A stretch of 64,000 nucleotides of DNA from an uncultured Bacilli bacterium (GTDB lineage Bacteria > Bacillota_I > Bacilli_A > RF39 > UBA660), in contig CALVSY010000007.1 of assembly GCA_944359725.1 (NCBI GenBank), positions 130 through 64,129 of the forward strand. Direction: 5' to 3'. The translations under genes were made by a program, and so were the position numbers. Shown one piece after another: positions 8,319 through 17,160 of this stretch. Below the pieces are notes generated by a model. The model worked only from the letters and a program-made list of their open reading frames with translations. It did no database searches and was not told the origin of the DNA. Within the stretch, counting starts at the first letter, position 1. Every line of letters starts with the position of its first letter.

Positions 8319-8987
8319 ATGGTAATGATCAATCTGAAATATGTGAAAAAAAAAGTTGTTGTTCAAAAAATAGACTTTGATGGTAATATTTCGCTGCAAA
8401 CTATCACTAAGATGTATATTGCAAAAGGTAGAACTAATTCTGATTCGAATGAATCAGAGCTTGAGCAAGTGTCTAAAGATTATTATTTCTTAGAATGGAT
8501 AGATGATGATACTTATATATTTGGAGATTTATCATATATTGATGCAGGTATTAAATATGGTGTATTAAAAATTAAAAGAGATAAAAATGGTTGCATAATA
8601 AAAGATGGTGAAGAGATTATTGTGGAAGCAATTTATGATAAGATTTCCCAAAATAACGATAAAACCGTAACCGTTCATGATAATGATTATTATGCGTATT
8701 TTGATTATGAGAAAGGAGTGCAACTTACACCAGTTGCACTTAAACATGCTGTGCCATTTAGTACGGATTATGAAGGTTTTGCAGAATGTTCTACCGAATG
8801 TAAATTCGGTTATTTACCTAGGGATGCTAAACCAGTAAAAAAAGAAGAAGATATTAAATTGTTAACCGAAAAGCAAGTTAAGGAATTAATTAAATATCAA
8901 AAAGTTATTGATAATATTTATGCTAGTGATGAAGCATATAAAGAAATAACCGGACACTCTTATTCAAAAAGAAAAAAATATGATTAA
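8319..8987 (+). CDS. Hypothetical protein with WG-repeat-like segments; true start uncertain (see A9 tract finding)
   Basis: 222-aa ORF. Motifs KYGVLK...G.EIIVEAIYDKI and GFAEC...KFGYL resemble KWG/WG repeats. The only good SD (AGGAGG 8295-8300) serves ATG 8309 in another frame. Confidence 0.5.
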   Translation: MVMINLKYVKKKVVVQKIDFDGNISLQTITKMYIAKGRTNSDSNESELEQVSKDYYFLEWIDDDTYIFGDLSYIDAGIKYGVLKIKRDKNGCIIKDGEEIIVEAIYDKISQNNDKTVTVHDNDYYAYFDYEKGVQLTPVALKHAVPFSTDYEGFAECSTECKFGYLPRDAKPVKKEEDIKLLTEKQVKELIKYQKVIDNIYASDEAYKEITGHSYSKRKKYD

Positions 8988-9050
8988 TAATATTTAATTC
9001 GACATCTTTTTTATAGAATGCGTATTATTCTATAAAAGAGGTGTTTTATT

Positions 9051-9473
9051 ATGAGGGTATATTACTTATTTAAAATTAATGATTCCTTTTCAAAACTATA
9101 TTATAACAAGACTTATTATCTTTATAAGATGCTTGAGGAAATATCAAAATCTAGCAAAAACGATTTTATAATATCATACAGATTGTTTGAGCAGATGGCA
9201 ACGGCTTATAATAAATCAGATATTAATAGTATGATATATAAAAAATTCATGTATGATGAAAATTATAATAAAATATTAAATAAGCATATATTAGATGATG
9301 GTGTTGAAAAAACAAAACTAACCGTTTATAACACATATATAAAAATAAAAACGAATCAGAATATTAGTGCATTTTTTAAAATATTATCTAATGAAGAAAA
9401 CATTTTTGTTTGTGATTTTAATAATAAAGATTATTTTTGGCTTAATAAAGTAGTAAGAAAAAGCCTTGTATAA
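9051..9473 (+). CDS. sirA: SirA/YneE-like protein (sporulation inhibitor of replication family)
   Basis: 140 aa. The C-terminus [22 protein letters not shown] matches my recollection of the B. subtilis SirA C-terminus (FLAMDFNSKRYGWLNPVKERNFV). The position between tkt and yneF is as in B. subtilis. Confidence 0.5.
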   Translation: MRVYYLFKINDSFSKLYYNKTYYLYKMLEEISKSSKNDFIISYRLFEQMATAYNKSDINSMIYKKFMYDENYNKILNKHILDDGVEKTKLTVYNTYIKIKTNQNISAFFKILSNEENIFVCDFNNKDYFWLNKVVRKSLV

Positions 9474-9516
9474 ATTACCAATATTTAGTAAAATAGTATT
9501 TGAAAGGAAGATTGAT

Positions 9517-9726
9517 ATGTGGGGAAACATTTTATGGTGTGTAATAGGACTTGTTGTAGGTCTTGTTGTAGGATTTTTTGGTGCACGTGCTTTTATGAAA
9601 AAGTATTTAAAGAAAAATCCACCAATAAATGAAAAAATGATAAAAATCATGATGCAACAGATGGGAAGAACACCTTCTCAAAAACAAATAAATCAAATGA
9701 TGAAAGCGATGAATAAAGTTCAGTAA
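9517..9726 (+). CDS. yneF: UPF0154 membrane protein YneF
   Basis: [67 protein letters not shown] closely matches the YneF family. SD GAAAGGAAG at 9502-9510. ATG 9517 is preferred over the track start at 9466. Confidence 0.85.
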   Translation: MWGNILWCVIGLVVGLVVGFFGARAFMKKYLKKNPPINEKMIKIMMQQMGRTPSQKQINQMMKAMNKVQ

Positions 9727-9797
9727 TTCATTCGCTTTTTATTTTTAATTGACTTATTTTTTCTTGATGTTATTATATTATTATAGGAATGGTGTTT

Positions 9798-10499
9798 ATG
9801 AAGTGTGTTAAGTGTGGTAATGATATAACGGAGAAGGATTTGTATTGTCCGGTATGCGGAACAATTAATATAAAAAACAAGGAAAATGAAGTTATAGCTT
9901 CCATGGCTAATGACAAAGATTATCAGTATGATGAAGAAAATACCTTGACTAAGAAAATCATAAGAAAACTAGATAACTGTAAAGCTTTGTTTATTATAAT
10001 TAATATTATTTTATTTTTGATTAGTTTTCCTTTATTTAAATATGGATTTGATATAGGTGATAGGTATAATTTATTATTACTTGTTTTTTCTTTATTATTT
10101 GATACATATGTTTTAAGTTTAGAAATTATTTTAAAAAAAGCGGGGCTTTCTTGGTGGGGTATTTTTATTCCTCTTTATAATTTGTATTTATTATTTAAAC
10201 TTATTTTTGGAAACGGATATTTATCTATAATATCAATTATTCCATTACTTGTTTTTTGGTATGCATATGACTTTTTAAGTTTTGTTCCACCACTAGTAGA
10301 TATAACAACTTTTTTAGAGCTTGGTTCTATGGCAGCAATTATAATAGAATTTATGGTTATATTTTTTATGATTGGAAAACGTTTTGGAAGAAGTGGAATA
10401 ATTACGATGCTTTTTTCTTACGTAATAATTCCAAGTATTGCCTTTAATAAAAAATATACTTATGATGGTTATTATAATAATCACTCATATTTAGATTAA
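9798..10499 (+). CDS. Zinc-ribbon membrane protein (DUF5684-like), paralog 1
   Basis: N-terminal CxxC...CxxC (CVKCGNDI...CPVCG), several TM helices, core motif KKAGLSWWGIFIPLYNLYLLFKL. ATG 9798 lies 9 nt after AGGA. Confidence 0.6.
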   Translation: MKCVKCGNDITEKDLYCPVCGTINIKNKENEVIASMANDKDYQYDEENTLTKKIIRKLDNCKALFIIINIILFLISFPLFKYGFDIGDRYNLLLLVFSLLFDTYVLSLEIILKKAGLSWWGIFIPLYNLYLLFKLIFGNGYLSIISIIPLLVFWYAYDFLSFVPPLVDITTFLELGSMAAIIIEFMVIFFMIGKRFGRSGIITMLFSYVIIPSIAFNKKYTYDGYYNNHSYLD

Positions 10500-10594
10500 T
10501 TTATTATTATTTACATAAATTTTGTAAACAACTTTGTTTTTTTTATTGTAAATGTATTTTAATAATGATAATATAAGATAAAGGAGTGGTGGTA

Positions 10595-11332
10595 ATGATT
10601 TGCCCTAAGTGTGGTAGTCAGATGGATGATACTGATAGATGGTGTATGAGATGTGGAATGATTAATTATAATGCTAAGCAAAGTAGCATTATTGAAGATC
10701 AGAAAGTAGAAAGTTTAGATTTTAATGATAATGATAGTAGTAATGTTGTTAGTGAAGTTAGTAACATTAATTATGATGATGTAAGTTATCCCTCTTCATC
10801 AAGGGTAAGTAAAATATTGTTTTATGTTGTTAATGCTATTATATTGCTATTAATAATATCATTATTTTTTGTTGATGCAAATTCCGTTATTGAAGGCGGT
10901 TCTCCTCTTACCGTTTTTATGAACCGTTATGCTGATTTTTTGATAAAAATTTTTACAGGATTGTTATTAATCGTTTTCTTTTACGTTATTTGTTATGAAA
11001 AAATATTTGAAAAAGCTGGTAAACATTGGTGGCAAATGTTGATACCAATATATAATGTTTATTTGATATATAAAATATCTACAGGGGACGGAAAATTATT
11101 TTGGACATCAATTGCAATAACTTTTATTTTGAGTTTTTTAGGTGGAATGTTTCCGGATTCTATGGAAAATTTCATGAACATAATAGAAGTGATTATAAGT
11201 TTAATTATTTGGGTTATTTTATCAGTTGGACTTGCCGATCGGTTTAACGCAAACAGAATATTGATGGTATTGTTTGGATTTGTCATGCTTCCAATAGCCG
11301 CGTTTTCAAAATCATATACTTATGAATCTTAA
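10595..11332 (+). CDS. Zinc-ribbon membrane protein (DUF5684-like), paralog 2
   Basis: CPKCGSQM...CMRCG, TM helices, core motif EKAGKHWWQMLIPIYNVYLIYKI. AAGGAG at 10581-10586, ATG 10595. Confidence 0.6.
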   Translation: MICPKCGSQMDDTDRWCMRCGMINYNAKQSSIIEDQKVESLDFNDNDSSNVVSEVSNINYDDVSYPSSSRVSKILFYVVNAIILLLIISLFFVDANSVIEGGSPLTVFMNRYADFLIKIFTGLLLIVFFYVICYEKIFEKAGKHWWQMLIPIYNVYLIYKISTGDGKLFWTSIAITFILSFLGGMFPDSMENFMNIIEVIISLIIWVILSVGLADRFNANRILMVLFGFVMLPIAAFSKSYTYES

Positions 11333-11342
11333 ATATAAGTAA

Positions 11343-11370
11343 AAAAGTGTAAAGAATTTTGCACTTTTTT
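11343..11370 (+). terminator. Intrinsic terminator
   Basis: 11-bp stem AAAAGTGTAAA / TTTGCACTTTT (one G-U pair), GAAT loop, T-run. Confidence 0.6.
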
Positions 11371-11425
11371 ACTTTGTTGTGATATAATGCTTTATAGGTT
11401 AAGAAGATAAGGAGATGATTTTTTT

Positions 11426-13336
11426 ATGCCAAAGTATGATGAATCATCAATTAAAATATTAGAGGGTTTAGAGGCAGTAAGAAAAAGACCAGGTATGTAT
11501 ATTGGTTCAACTGACAAAAGAGGTTTACATCACCTTGTTTGGGAGATTGTTGATAATGGTATTGACGAGGCGATAAACGGGTATGGTAATTATTTAAAAG
11601 TTATTATTCATAAAGATGGATCGGTATCAGTTACTGATGAGGGACGTGGTGTTCCGGTTGGAATGCATTCGTCTGGTAAATCAACGCCTGAGGTTATTTA
11701 TACGGTACTTCATGCCGGTGGAAAATTCCAAGAAGGTGGATATAAAGTATCGGGAGGACTTCACGGCGTTGGTGCAAGTGTTGTTAACGCGCTTTCTAAA
11801 TGGATGCGGGTAACGATATGTCGTGACGGTGGTAAATACGAGATCAGTTTTAAAGACGGTGGACATTTGGATGAGGCTTTAAAAAAAGTAGGAAACACAA
11901 GTAAAACTGGTACAACGGTAAGATTTATGCCTGATGATAGTATTTTTTCATCTACTACTTTTTCATTTACGACGATATGTGAAAGAATGCAAGAATCTGC
12001 TTTTTTAATAAAAGGTCTTACGATTGACGTAATAGATGAAGAAGATGAAAAAGAAGCGCATTATCATTATGAAAAAGGACTAGAAGAGTTTGTTTCATAT
12101 TTAAATGAAGGTAAAAAAACACTTAATAACGTAGTGGGTTTTGAAGCGGTTAAAAACAAGATAGACGTATCTTTTGCACTGCAGTACACGGAAAGTTATA
12201 ATGAAAACGTAGTATCTTTTGTTAATAACGTAAAAACATCAGACGGAGGAAGTCATGAGGTAGGTTTTAAAAGTGCCTTAACAAAGGTATTTAATGATTA
12301 TGCAAGAAATAATGGCTATTTAAAAGCAAAGGATAAAAACTTTGAAGGAACGGACGTAAGAGAAGGGTTAACCGCGGTACTTTCACTAAAGATTCCTGAA
12401 GATTTACTTCAGTTTGAAGGACAAACTAAGGGTAAGCTTGGAACGCCTCTTGCAAAAACCGTAACGGAAGCAATAGTATATGAAAAAATGCAGTTTTTCT
12501 TAGAAGAAAATAAAACGGTTGCAACTGACATTATAAATAAAGCTTTAAAAGGTAAAGCAGCAAGAGAAGCCGCAAGAAAAGCAAGGGAAGAAGCAAGAAA
12601 AGGAAAAAATAAAAACAGTAAAGAAAAAAACATAAGTGATAAGCTTGCTCCTGCAACAAAGAAAAACAATAAGAAAAACGAACTTTTCATAGTAGAGGGT
12701 GACTCAGCAGGTGGTAGTGCAAAAACTGGCCGTGATAGAGAGTATCAAGCAATATTACCACTTAGAGGTAAGGTTTTAAACACCGAAAGAGCAAGTGTTG
12801 ATGAGGCTTATAAAAATGCTGAAATAAACACGCTTATTTACACGATAGGAGCAGGCGTTGGACCAGATTTTCATTTAGAAGATTGTAATTATGATAAGAT
12901 TATCATCATGACGGATGCTGATGATGATGGATGTCACATACAGGTTTTACTTGTTACTTTCTTTTATCGTTACATGAGGCCTTTAATAGAAGCTGGTAAG
13001 GTTTATATTGCAAACCCACCGCTTTATAAAATAACGTTTTCTAAAAAAGAAGAGGTATATGCATACTCGGATGAAGAATTAAAGAAAGTAACGCAAGGAA
13101 GGAAAGTAGAAGATCTACAAAGATATAAAGGTCTAGGTGAGATGGATGCGGCCCAGTTATGGGAAACTACCATGGATCCACAAAAAAGAAGTTTAATTAA
13201 AGTTAAGATAACAGATGTTGCTCTAGCGGAAAAAAGAGTATCCATTTTAATGGGTGATAACGTAGAGCCTAGAAAAGAGTGGATTGAAGAAAACGTTGAT
13301 TTTTCACTTGAAGATAATTACGAGATGTTAAGATAA
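11426..13336 (+). CDS. parE: DNA topoisomerase IV subunit B
   Basis: GHKL ATPase N-terminus (ILEGLEAVRKRPGMYIGST), Toprim (EGDSAGGSAK, PLRGKVLN). Called ParE rather than GyrB because the adjacent partner has a ParC-type N-terminus and the locus is not origin-type. Confidence 0.8.
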   Translation: MPKYDESSIKILEGLEAVRKRPGMYIGSTDKRGLHHLVWEIVDNGIDEAINGYGNYLKVIIHKDGSVSVTDEGRGVPVGMHSSGKSTPEVIYTVLHAGGKFQEGGYKVSGGLHGVGASVVNALSKWMRVTICRDGGKYEISFKDGGHLDEALKKVGNTSKTGTTVRFMPDDSIFSSTTFSFTTICERMQESAFLIKGLTIDVIDEEDEKEAHYHYEKGLEEFVSYLNEGKKTLNNVVGFEAVKNKIDVSFALQYTESYNENVVSFVNNVKTSDGGSHEVGFKSALTKVFNDYARNNGYLKAKDKNFEGTDVREGLTAVLSLKIPEDLLQFEGQTKGKLGTPLAKTVTEAIVYEKMQFFLEENKTVATDIINKALKGKAAREAARKAREEARKGKNKNSKEKNISDKLAPATKKNNKKNELFIVEGDSAGGSAKTGRDREYQAILPLRGKVLNTERASVDEAYKNAEINTLIYTIGAGVGPDFHLEDCNYDKIIIMTDADDDGCHIQVLLVTFFYRYMRPLIEAGKVYIANPPLYKITFSKKEEVYAYSDEELKKVTQGRKVEDLQRYKGLGEMDAAQLWETTMDPQKRSLIKVKITDVALAEKRVSILMGDNVEPRKEWIEENVDFSLEDNYEMLR

Positions 13337-13348
13337 GGAGGTGTTATC

Positions 13349-15907
13349 ATGAAAGACGTATTACAAAGAATAGAAGAGTATTCTCTTGAAGAGATAATGG
13401 GTGAACGTTTTGGAAGGTATTGTAAGACCATTATCCTAGACCGTGCGCTACCGGACGTTAGGGACGGACTTAAACCAGTTCAAAGAAGAATTTTATATGG
13501 TATGTATAAATCTGGTAACACCTACGATAAAAAATACCGTAAAAGTGCAAAAGCAGTAGGTGAGATAATGGGTAATTACCATCCTCATGGTGATTCATCT
13601 ATTTATGATGCAATGGTAAGAATGAGCCAGGACTGGAAAATGATGACTCCTTATATTGACATGCATGGTAATAACGGTTCAATGGATGGTGATGGAGCAG
13701 CTGCAATGCGTTACACCGAGGCAAGATTATCTAAAATAAGTAACGTTTTACTAGATGACATTTCAAAAGATACCGTTGAGATGGCACCTAACTATGATGA
13801 TACTTTAAAAGAACCTACCGTGCTTCCAGCAGCTTTTCCAAATCTATTGGTTAATGGATCAACGGGAATATCAGCAGGATACGCAACAAACATACCAACC
13901 CATAACTTATCAGAGGTAATTGATGCAGCAATTAAAAGAATAGATTCGCCTAATTCAAGGTTAGAGACGATTATGGAAGTTTTACCAGGTCCTGATTTTC
14001 CAACGGGAGCAGTAATCGAGGGAAAAGAAGAAATTAAAAAAGCATACGAAACTGGAAAGGGTAAAATCGTTGTAAAATGTAAGTATGACGTTGTAAAAGA
14101 AAAGGGAAAAACAAATATCGTAATTACCGAAATACCTTACGAGGTTAATAAAGCAAACCTTGTTAAGAAGATGAATGATATTAGAATAGATAAAAAAATA
14201 GATGGTATTTCAGAAGTAAGGGATGAAACATCTCGCGGTGAGTTAAGAATCGTTATAGAACTAAAAAAAGATGCAAACGTAGATTTAATTACCAATTACT
14301 TACTTAAAAACACTGATATGCAAATATCATATAGTCTTAACATGATTGCAATCGTTCAAAGAAGACCAAGACAAGTAGGCTTACTTTCTATTTTGGATGC
14401 TTTTATTTCACATCGTAAGGAAGTAGTAACAAGAAGGACTAAGTTTGATTTAGACCATGCAAAAGAAAGATATCACATATTAGAAGGTTTAATAAAAGCA
14501 ATTAGCATTTTAGATGATGTAATAAAAGTAATTAGGGCATCTAAAAACAAAGCTGATGCAATAATTAATTTACAAAAAGAATTTTCATTTACCGAAAAAC
14601 AAGCAACGGCAATCGTTATGTTACAATTATACCGCTTAACAAATACGGATATAACGGACGTTGAAAATGAAATGAAGAATTTAAGTGATAAAATAAAAGA
14701 GTATGAGCTTATTTTATCAGATGAAGAAGAACTTAAAAAGGTAATTAAAGATGAGTTAAGAAAGATAAAAAAAGAGTTTGGAGCGCCTAGAAAGACGGTT
14801 ATTAAAGATGAAATAACCGAAATAAAAATAGATTTAAAACAAATGATTCCAAAAGAAGACGTAATAGTTGTTGTAACTAAAGAAGGCTACGTAAAACGTG
14901 TTTCTAAAAAGTCTTATAAAGCAGCGGAAAATGATGAGACTCAAGTTAAAGAAAACGACTACGTAATAGGATTATTTGAGCAGAACACGCTTGATACTTT
15001 AATATTATTTACCAATAAAGGAAACTATTTATACATACCAGTACACGAGCTTCCTGAGTTGAAATGGAAAGATCTTGGAAAACACGTAAGTAACATAGTT
15101 CCTATAATGCAAGATGAAGAAGTTATAAAAGCATTACCAGTTAAAGAGTTTAATGATAAAGAAATAATTATCTTTACTAAATTAGGAATGGTAAAAAAAT
15201 CATATTTATCTGATTTTAAAGTACAACGTTACTCAAAACCAATTACTTGTATTAAGTTAAAAGATAATGATGAGGTTATAGTAGTTGATACTAATTCGTT
15301 TAGTGAGGTATTTATCGCAAGTAAAAAAGGTTATGGACTATGGTATAAAAAAGATGAAATTCCAGCATCTGGTCTTAAGGCATCAGGAGTTAAAGCAATT
15401 AACTTAAAAGATGATGTAGTAGTTAGTGCCGAAACCTTTAAAGAGGATAGTGGATACGTTACCGTAATAACTAAAAAAGGTCTTGCAAAAAGAGTGAAAC
15501 TTTCCGAGTTTGAAAGAACTTCTCGTGCAAAAAGAGGATTACTTCTTTTAAGAGAGGTAAAAAGTAATCCACAGGAAATAATAAAAGTTTATGTGTCAGA
15601 TGCAAAACATAACATCATTATAAAAACAAATAAAGATGAAAAAGAAATTAAACTAACTGAAATACCAATAATGGACAGGTATTCTATAGGAAGTACCATT
15701 GTAAAAGCAAAAGTAGATGATGTTTATGAAAAGGTAAAACTAACTAAAGAAGAAACGAAAGAAGAACGTTCTGATGATGATAAAAAAGATGAAAAAATAG
15801 ATAGAAAAACGGTAGAAAAAGACGTTAAACAAAAAAAAGAAGTATCACTAAAAGAAATAGATGATAAGTTTATGACCATTGATGATTTTTTAGATAACTT
15901 TGATTAA
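13349..15907 (+). CDS. parC: DNA topoisomerase IV subunit A
   Basis: N-terminus LEEIMGERFGRYCKTIILDRALPDVRDGLKPVQRRILY (ParC-type), active-site region AAMRYTEARL, C-terminal beta-pinwheel and a charged tail. Confidence 0.8.
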   Translation: MKDVLQRIEEYSLEEIMGERFGRYCKTIILDRALPDVRDGLKPVQRRILYGMYKSGNTYDKKYRKSAKAVGEIMGNYHPHGDSSIYDAMVRMSQDWKMMTPYIDMHGNNGSMDGDGAAAMRYTEARLSKISNVLLDDISKDTVEMAPNYDDTLKEPTVLPAAFPNLLVNGSTGISAGYATNIPTHNLSEVIDAAIKRIDSPNSRLETIMEVLPGPDFPTGAVIEGKEEIKKAYETGKGKIVVKCKYDVVKEKGKTNIVITEIPYEVNKANLVKKMNDIRIDKKIDGISEVRDETSRGELRIVIELKKDANVDLITNYLLKNTDMQISYSLNMIAIVQRRPRQVGLLSILDAFISHRKEVVTRRTKFDLDHAKERYHILEGLIKAISILDDVIKVIRASKNKADAIINLQKEFSFTEKQATAIVMLQLYRLTNTDITDVENEMKNLSDKIKEYELILSDEEELKKVIKDELRKIKKEFGAPRKTVIKDEITEIKIDLKQMIPKEDVIVVVTKEGYVKRVSKKSYKAAENDETQVKENDYVIGLFEQNTLDTLILFTNKGNYLYIPVHELPELKWKDLGKHVSNIVPIMQDEEVIKALPVKEFNDKEIIIFTKLGMVKKSYLSDFKVQRYSKPITCIKLKDNDEVIVVDTNSFSEVFIASKKGYGLWYKKDEIPASGLKASGVKAINLKDDVVVSAETFKEDSGYVTVITKKGLAKRVKLSEFERTSRAKRGLLLLREVKSNPQEIIKVYVSDAKHNIIIKTNKDEKEIKLTEIPIMDRYSIGSTIVKAKVDDVYEKVKLTKEETKEERSDDDKKDEKIDRKTVEKDVKQKKEVSLKEIDDKFMTIDDFLDNFD

Positions 15908-15928
15908 GCAAGACTATTCTTGCTTTTT
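15906..15928 (+). terminator. Intrinsic terminator after parC
   Basis: AAGCAAGA (15906-15913) / TCTTGCTT (15918-15925) plus a T-run. Confidence 0.6.
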
Positions 15929-15984
15929 CTTATATATTTTGATAAAATAACTCACACAATTATAAGGCGTATCGGAGGATTTTT

Positions 15985-16854
15985 ATGGAAAACGAAAAGC
16001 AAAGATTAATAAGATGCATTAATAAATTTTTATCTTTTTTTAATTTGTCTTTGAAAGATAAAGATAATTGCGATTTAGTAAACGAATTGTTTTTTTATAA
16101 TAAAATTTTGGTTTTTAATAAAGATCGTACTAACGTTGTTGGGAACGTAATTAAAAGTGATAATGTATTAATATCTTGCAATAATGGAATTTTTAAATTA
16201 AATGCGATTATTTCTTTAAATAAAACTAATAAAATTTCTTTTTGTTTAAAAAAAGAAAACAATTCTTTAGATGGTTACGTGATTTTTAATTCTAATGGTA
16301 ACATATTAAATGGTTTGTATGAAATATCAAATGAAAATGAATTAATAAATAGAGTTAATTTTTCTTCTTACGAAAATTATGTTAATTTTCATGATGCAAA
16401 GACCAAAGAGTCAGTAAATTTTAAAGCTAAAGAAGCCGAAGATAAAAGTAAGGTATATTTTAATCATTATCAAAGTATTCTTGGGTTAAGTGCATTTTAT
16501 GATTCCGATTACTTATATTATGAAATTAGAAAGGTTGTTGAAAAAACTAAGTTTCAAGATTGTGATACGATTGTTGATAATAAACAATTTGCAGTTGGCT
16601 ATCCTTATACGTCAATTAATTTAAATGTTGCTTTAAATGAAATTATAAAGATTTTTCAAGAATATGATCTGGCTGCATTTGATTTTATATCTAGCGTAAA
16701 GGATAAAATAAATTATTTCAGTGATAGTTTATATGAAAAAACGTTTAGTAATATATTACTTGATTTAAATAGGAAAAATAAAGAGTGTATTTTTAAAATA
16801 GAAGATTCTAATAAAAAACGTTATGTAAAAGAAATAAAAAATCATCATAATTGA
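15985..16854 (+). CDS. Hypothetical protein (289 aa)
   Basis: Long ORF preceded by GGAGGA. No motif recognised. Confidence 0.5.
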   Translation: MENEKQRLIRCINKFLSFFNLSLKDKDNCDLVNELFFYNKILVFNKDRTNVVGNVIKSDNVLISCNNGIFKLNAIISLNKTNKISFCLKKENNSLDGYVIFNSNGNILNGLYEISNENELINRVNFSSYENYVNFHDAKTKESVNFKAKEAEDKSKVYFNHYQSILGLSAFYDSDYLYYEIRKVVEKTKFQDCDTIVDNKQFAVGYPYTSINLNVALNEIIKIFQEYDLAAFDFISSVKDKINYFSDSLYEKTFSNILLDLNRKNKECIFKIEDSNKKRYVKEIKNHHN

Positions 16855-16980
16855 TTGTTCTTTAAGTGGCGTTAAATAAATGTTATTTTGTTCATTTAAA
16901 AAATAAAAATAATTTGTTATAATGTTAAAAGAAGACAATATAATTGCTTTTATTTTTATATTATTATTTTGGGTGATAAT

Positions 16981-17154
16981 ATGAAAGTTAAGGTTTTTGA
17001 TTGTGACTGTGAAAGTGATTTAGAAGAGTGTGTAAATGAGTTTATAAAAAGTAAAGAATTGGTTGATATAAAATATCAAGTGTCCATTGCAACTTGCGGT
17101 GAAGAACAGTTATATTGTTTTTCAGCGATGATAATATACATAAGTAAGGAATGA
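16981..17154 (+). CDS. Cse60/YteV-like small sporulation protein
   Basis: 57 aa, MKVKVFDCDCESDLEECVNEFIKS..VDIKYQVS......EQLYCFSAMIIY, resembling my recollection of the Cse60 family. SD GGGTGA at 16971-16976. Confidence 0.45.
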   Translation: MKVKVFDCDCESDLEECVNEFIKSKELVDIKYQVSIATCGEEQLYCFSAMIIYISKE

Positions 17155-17160
17155 TGTAAA

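Noticed and set aside
11426-15907. Calling this pair gyrB/gyrA
   Set aside because: The subunit A N-terminus (MGERFGRY..II.RALPDVRDGLKPVQRRILY) is the ParC-type signature rather than the GyrA type (…F..YAMSVI.SRALPD..DGLKPVHRR). The locus also lacks the dnaA/dnaN/recF context. The distinction still deserves phylogenetic confirmation.
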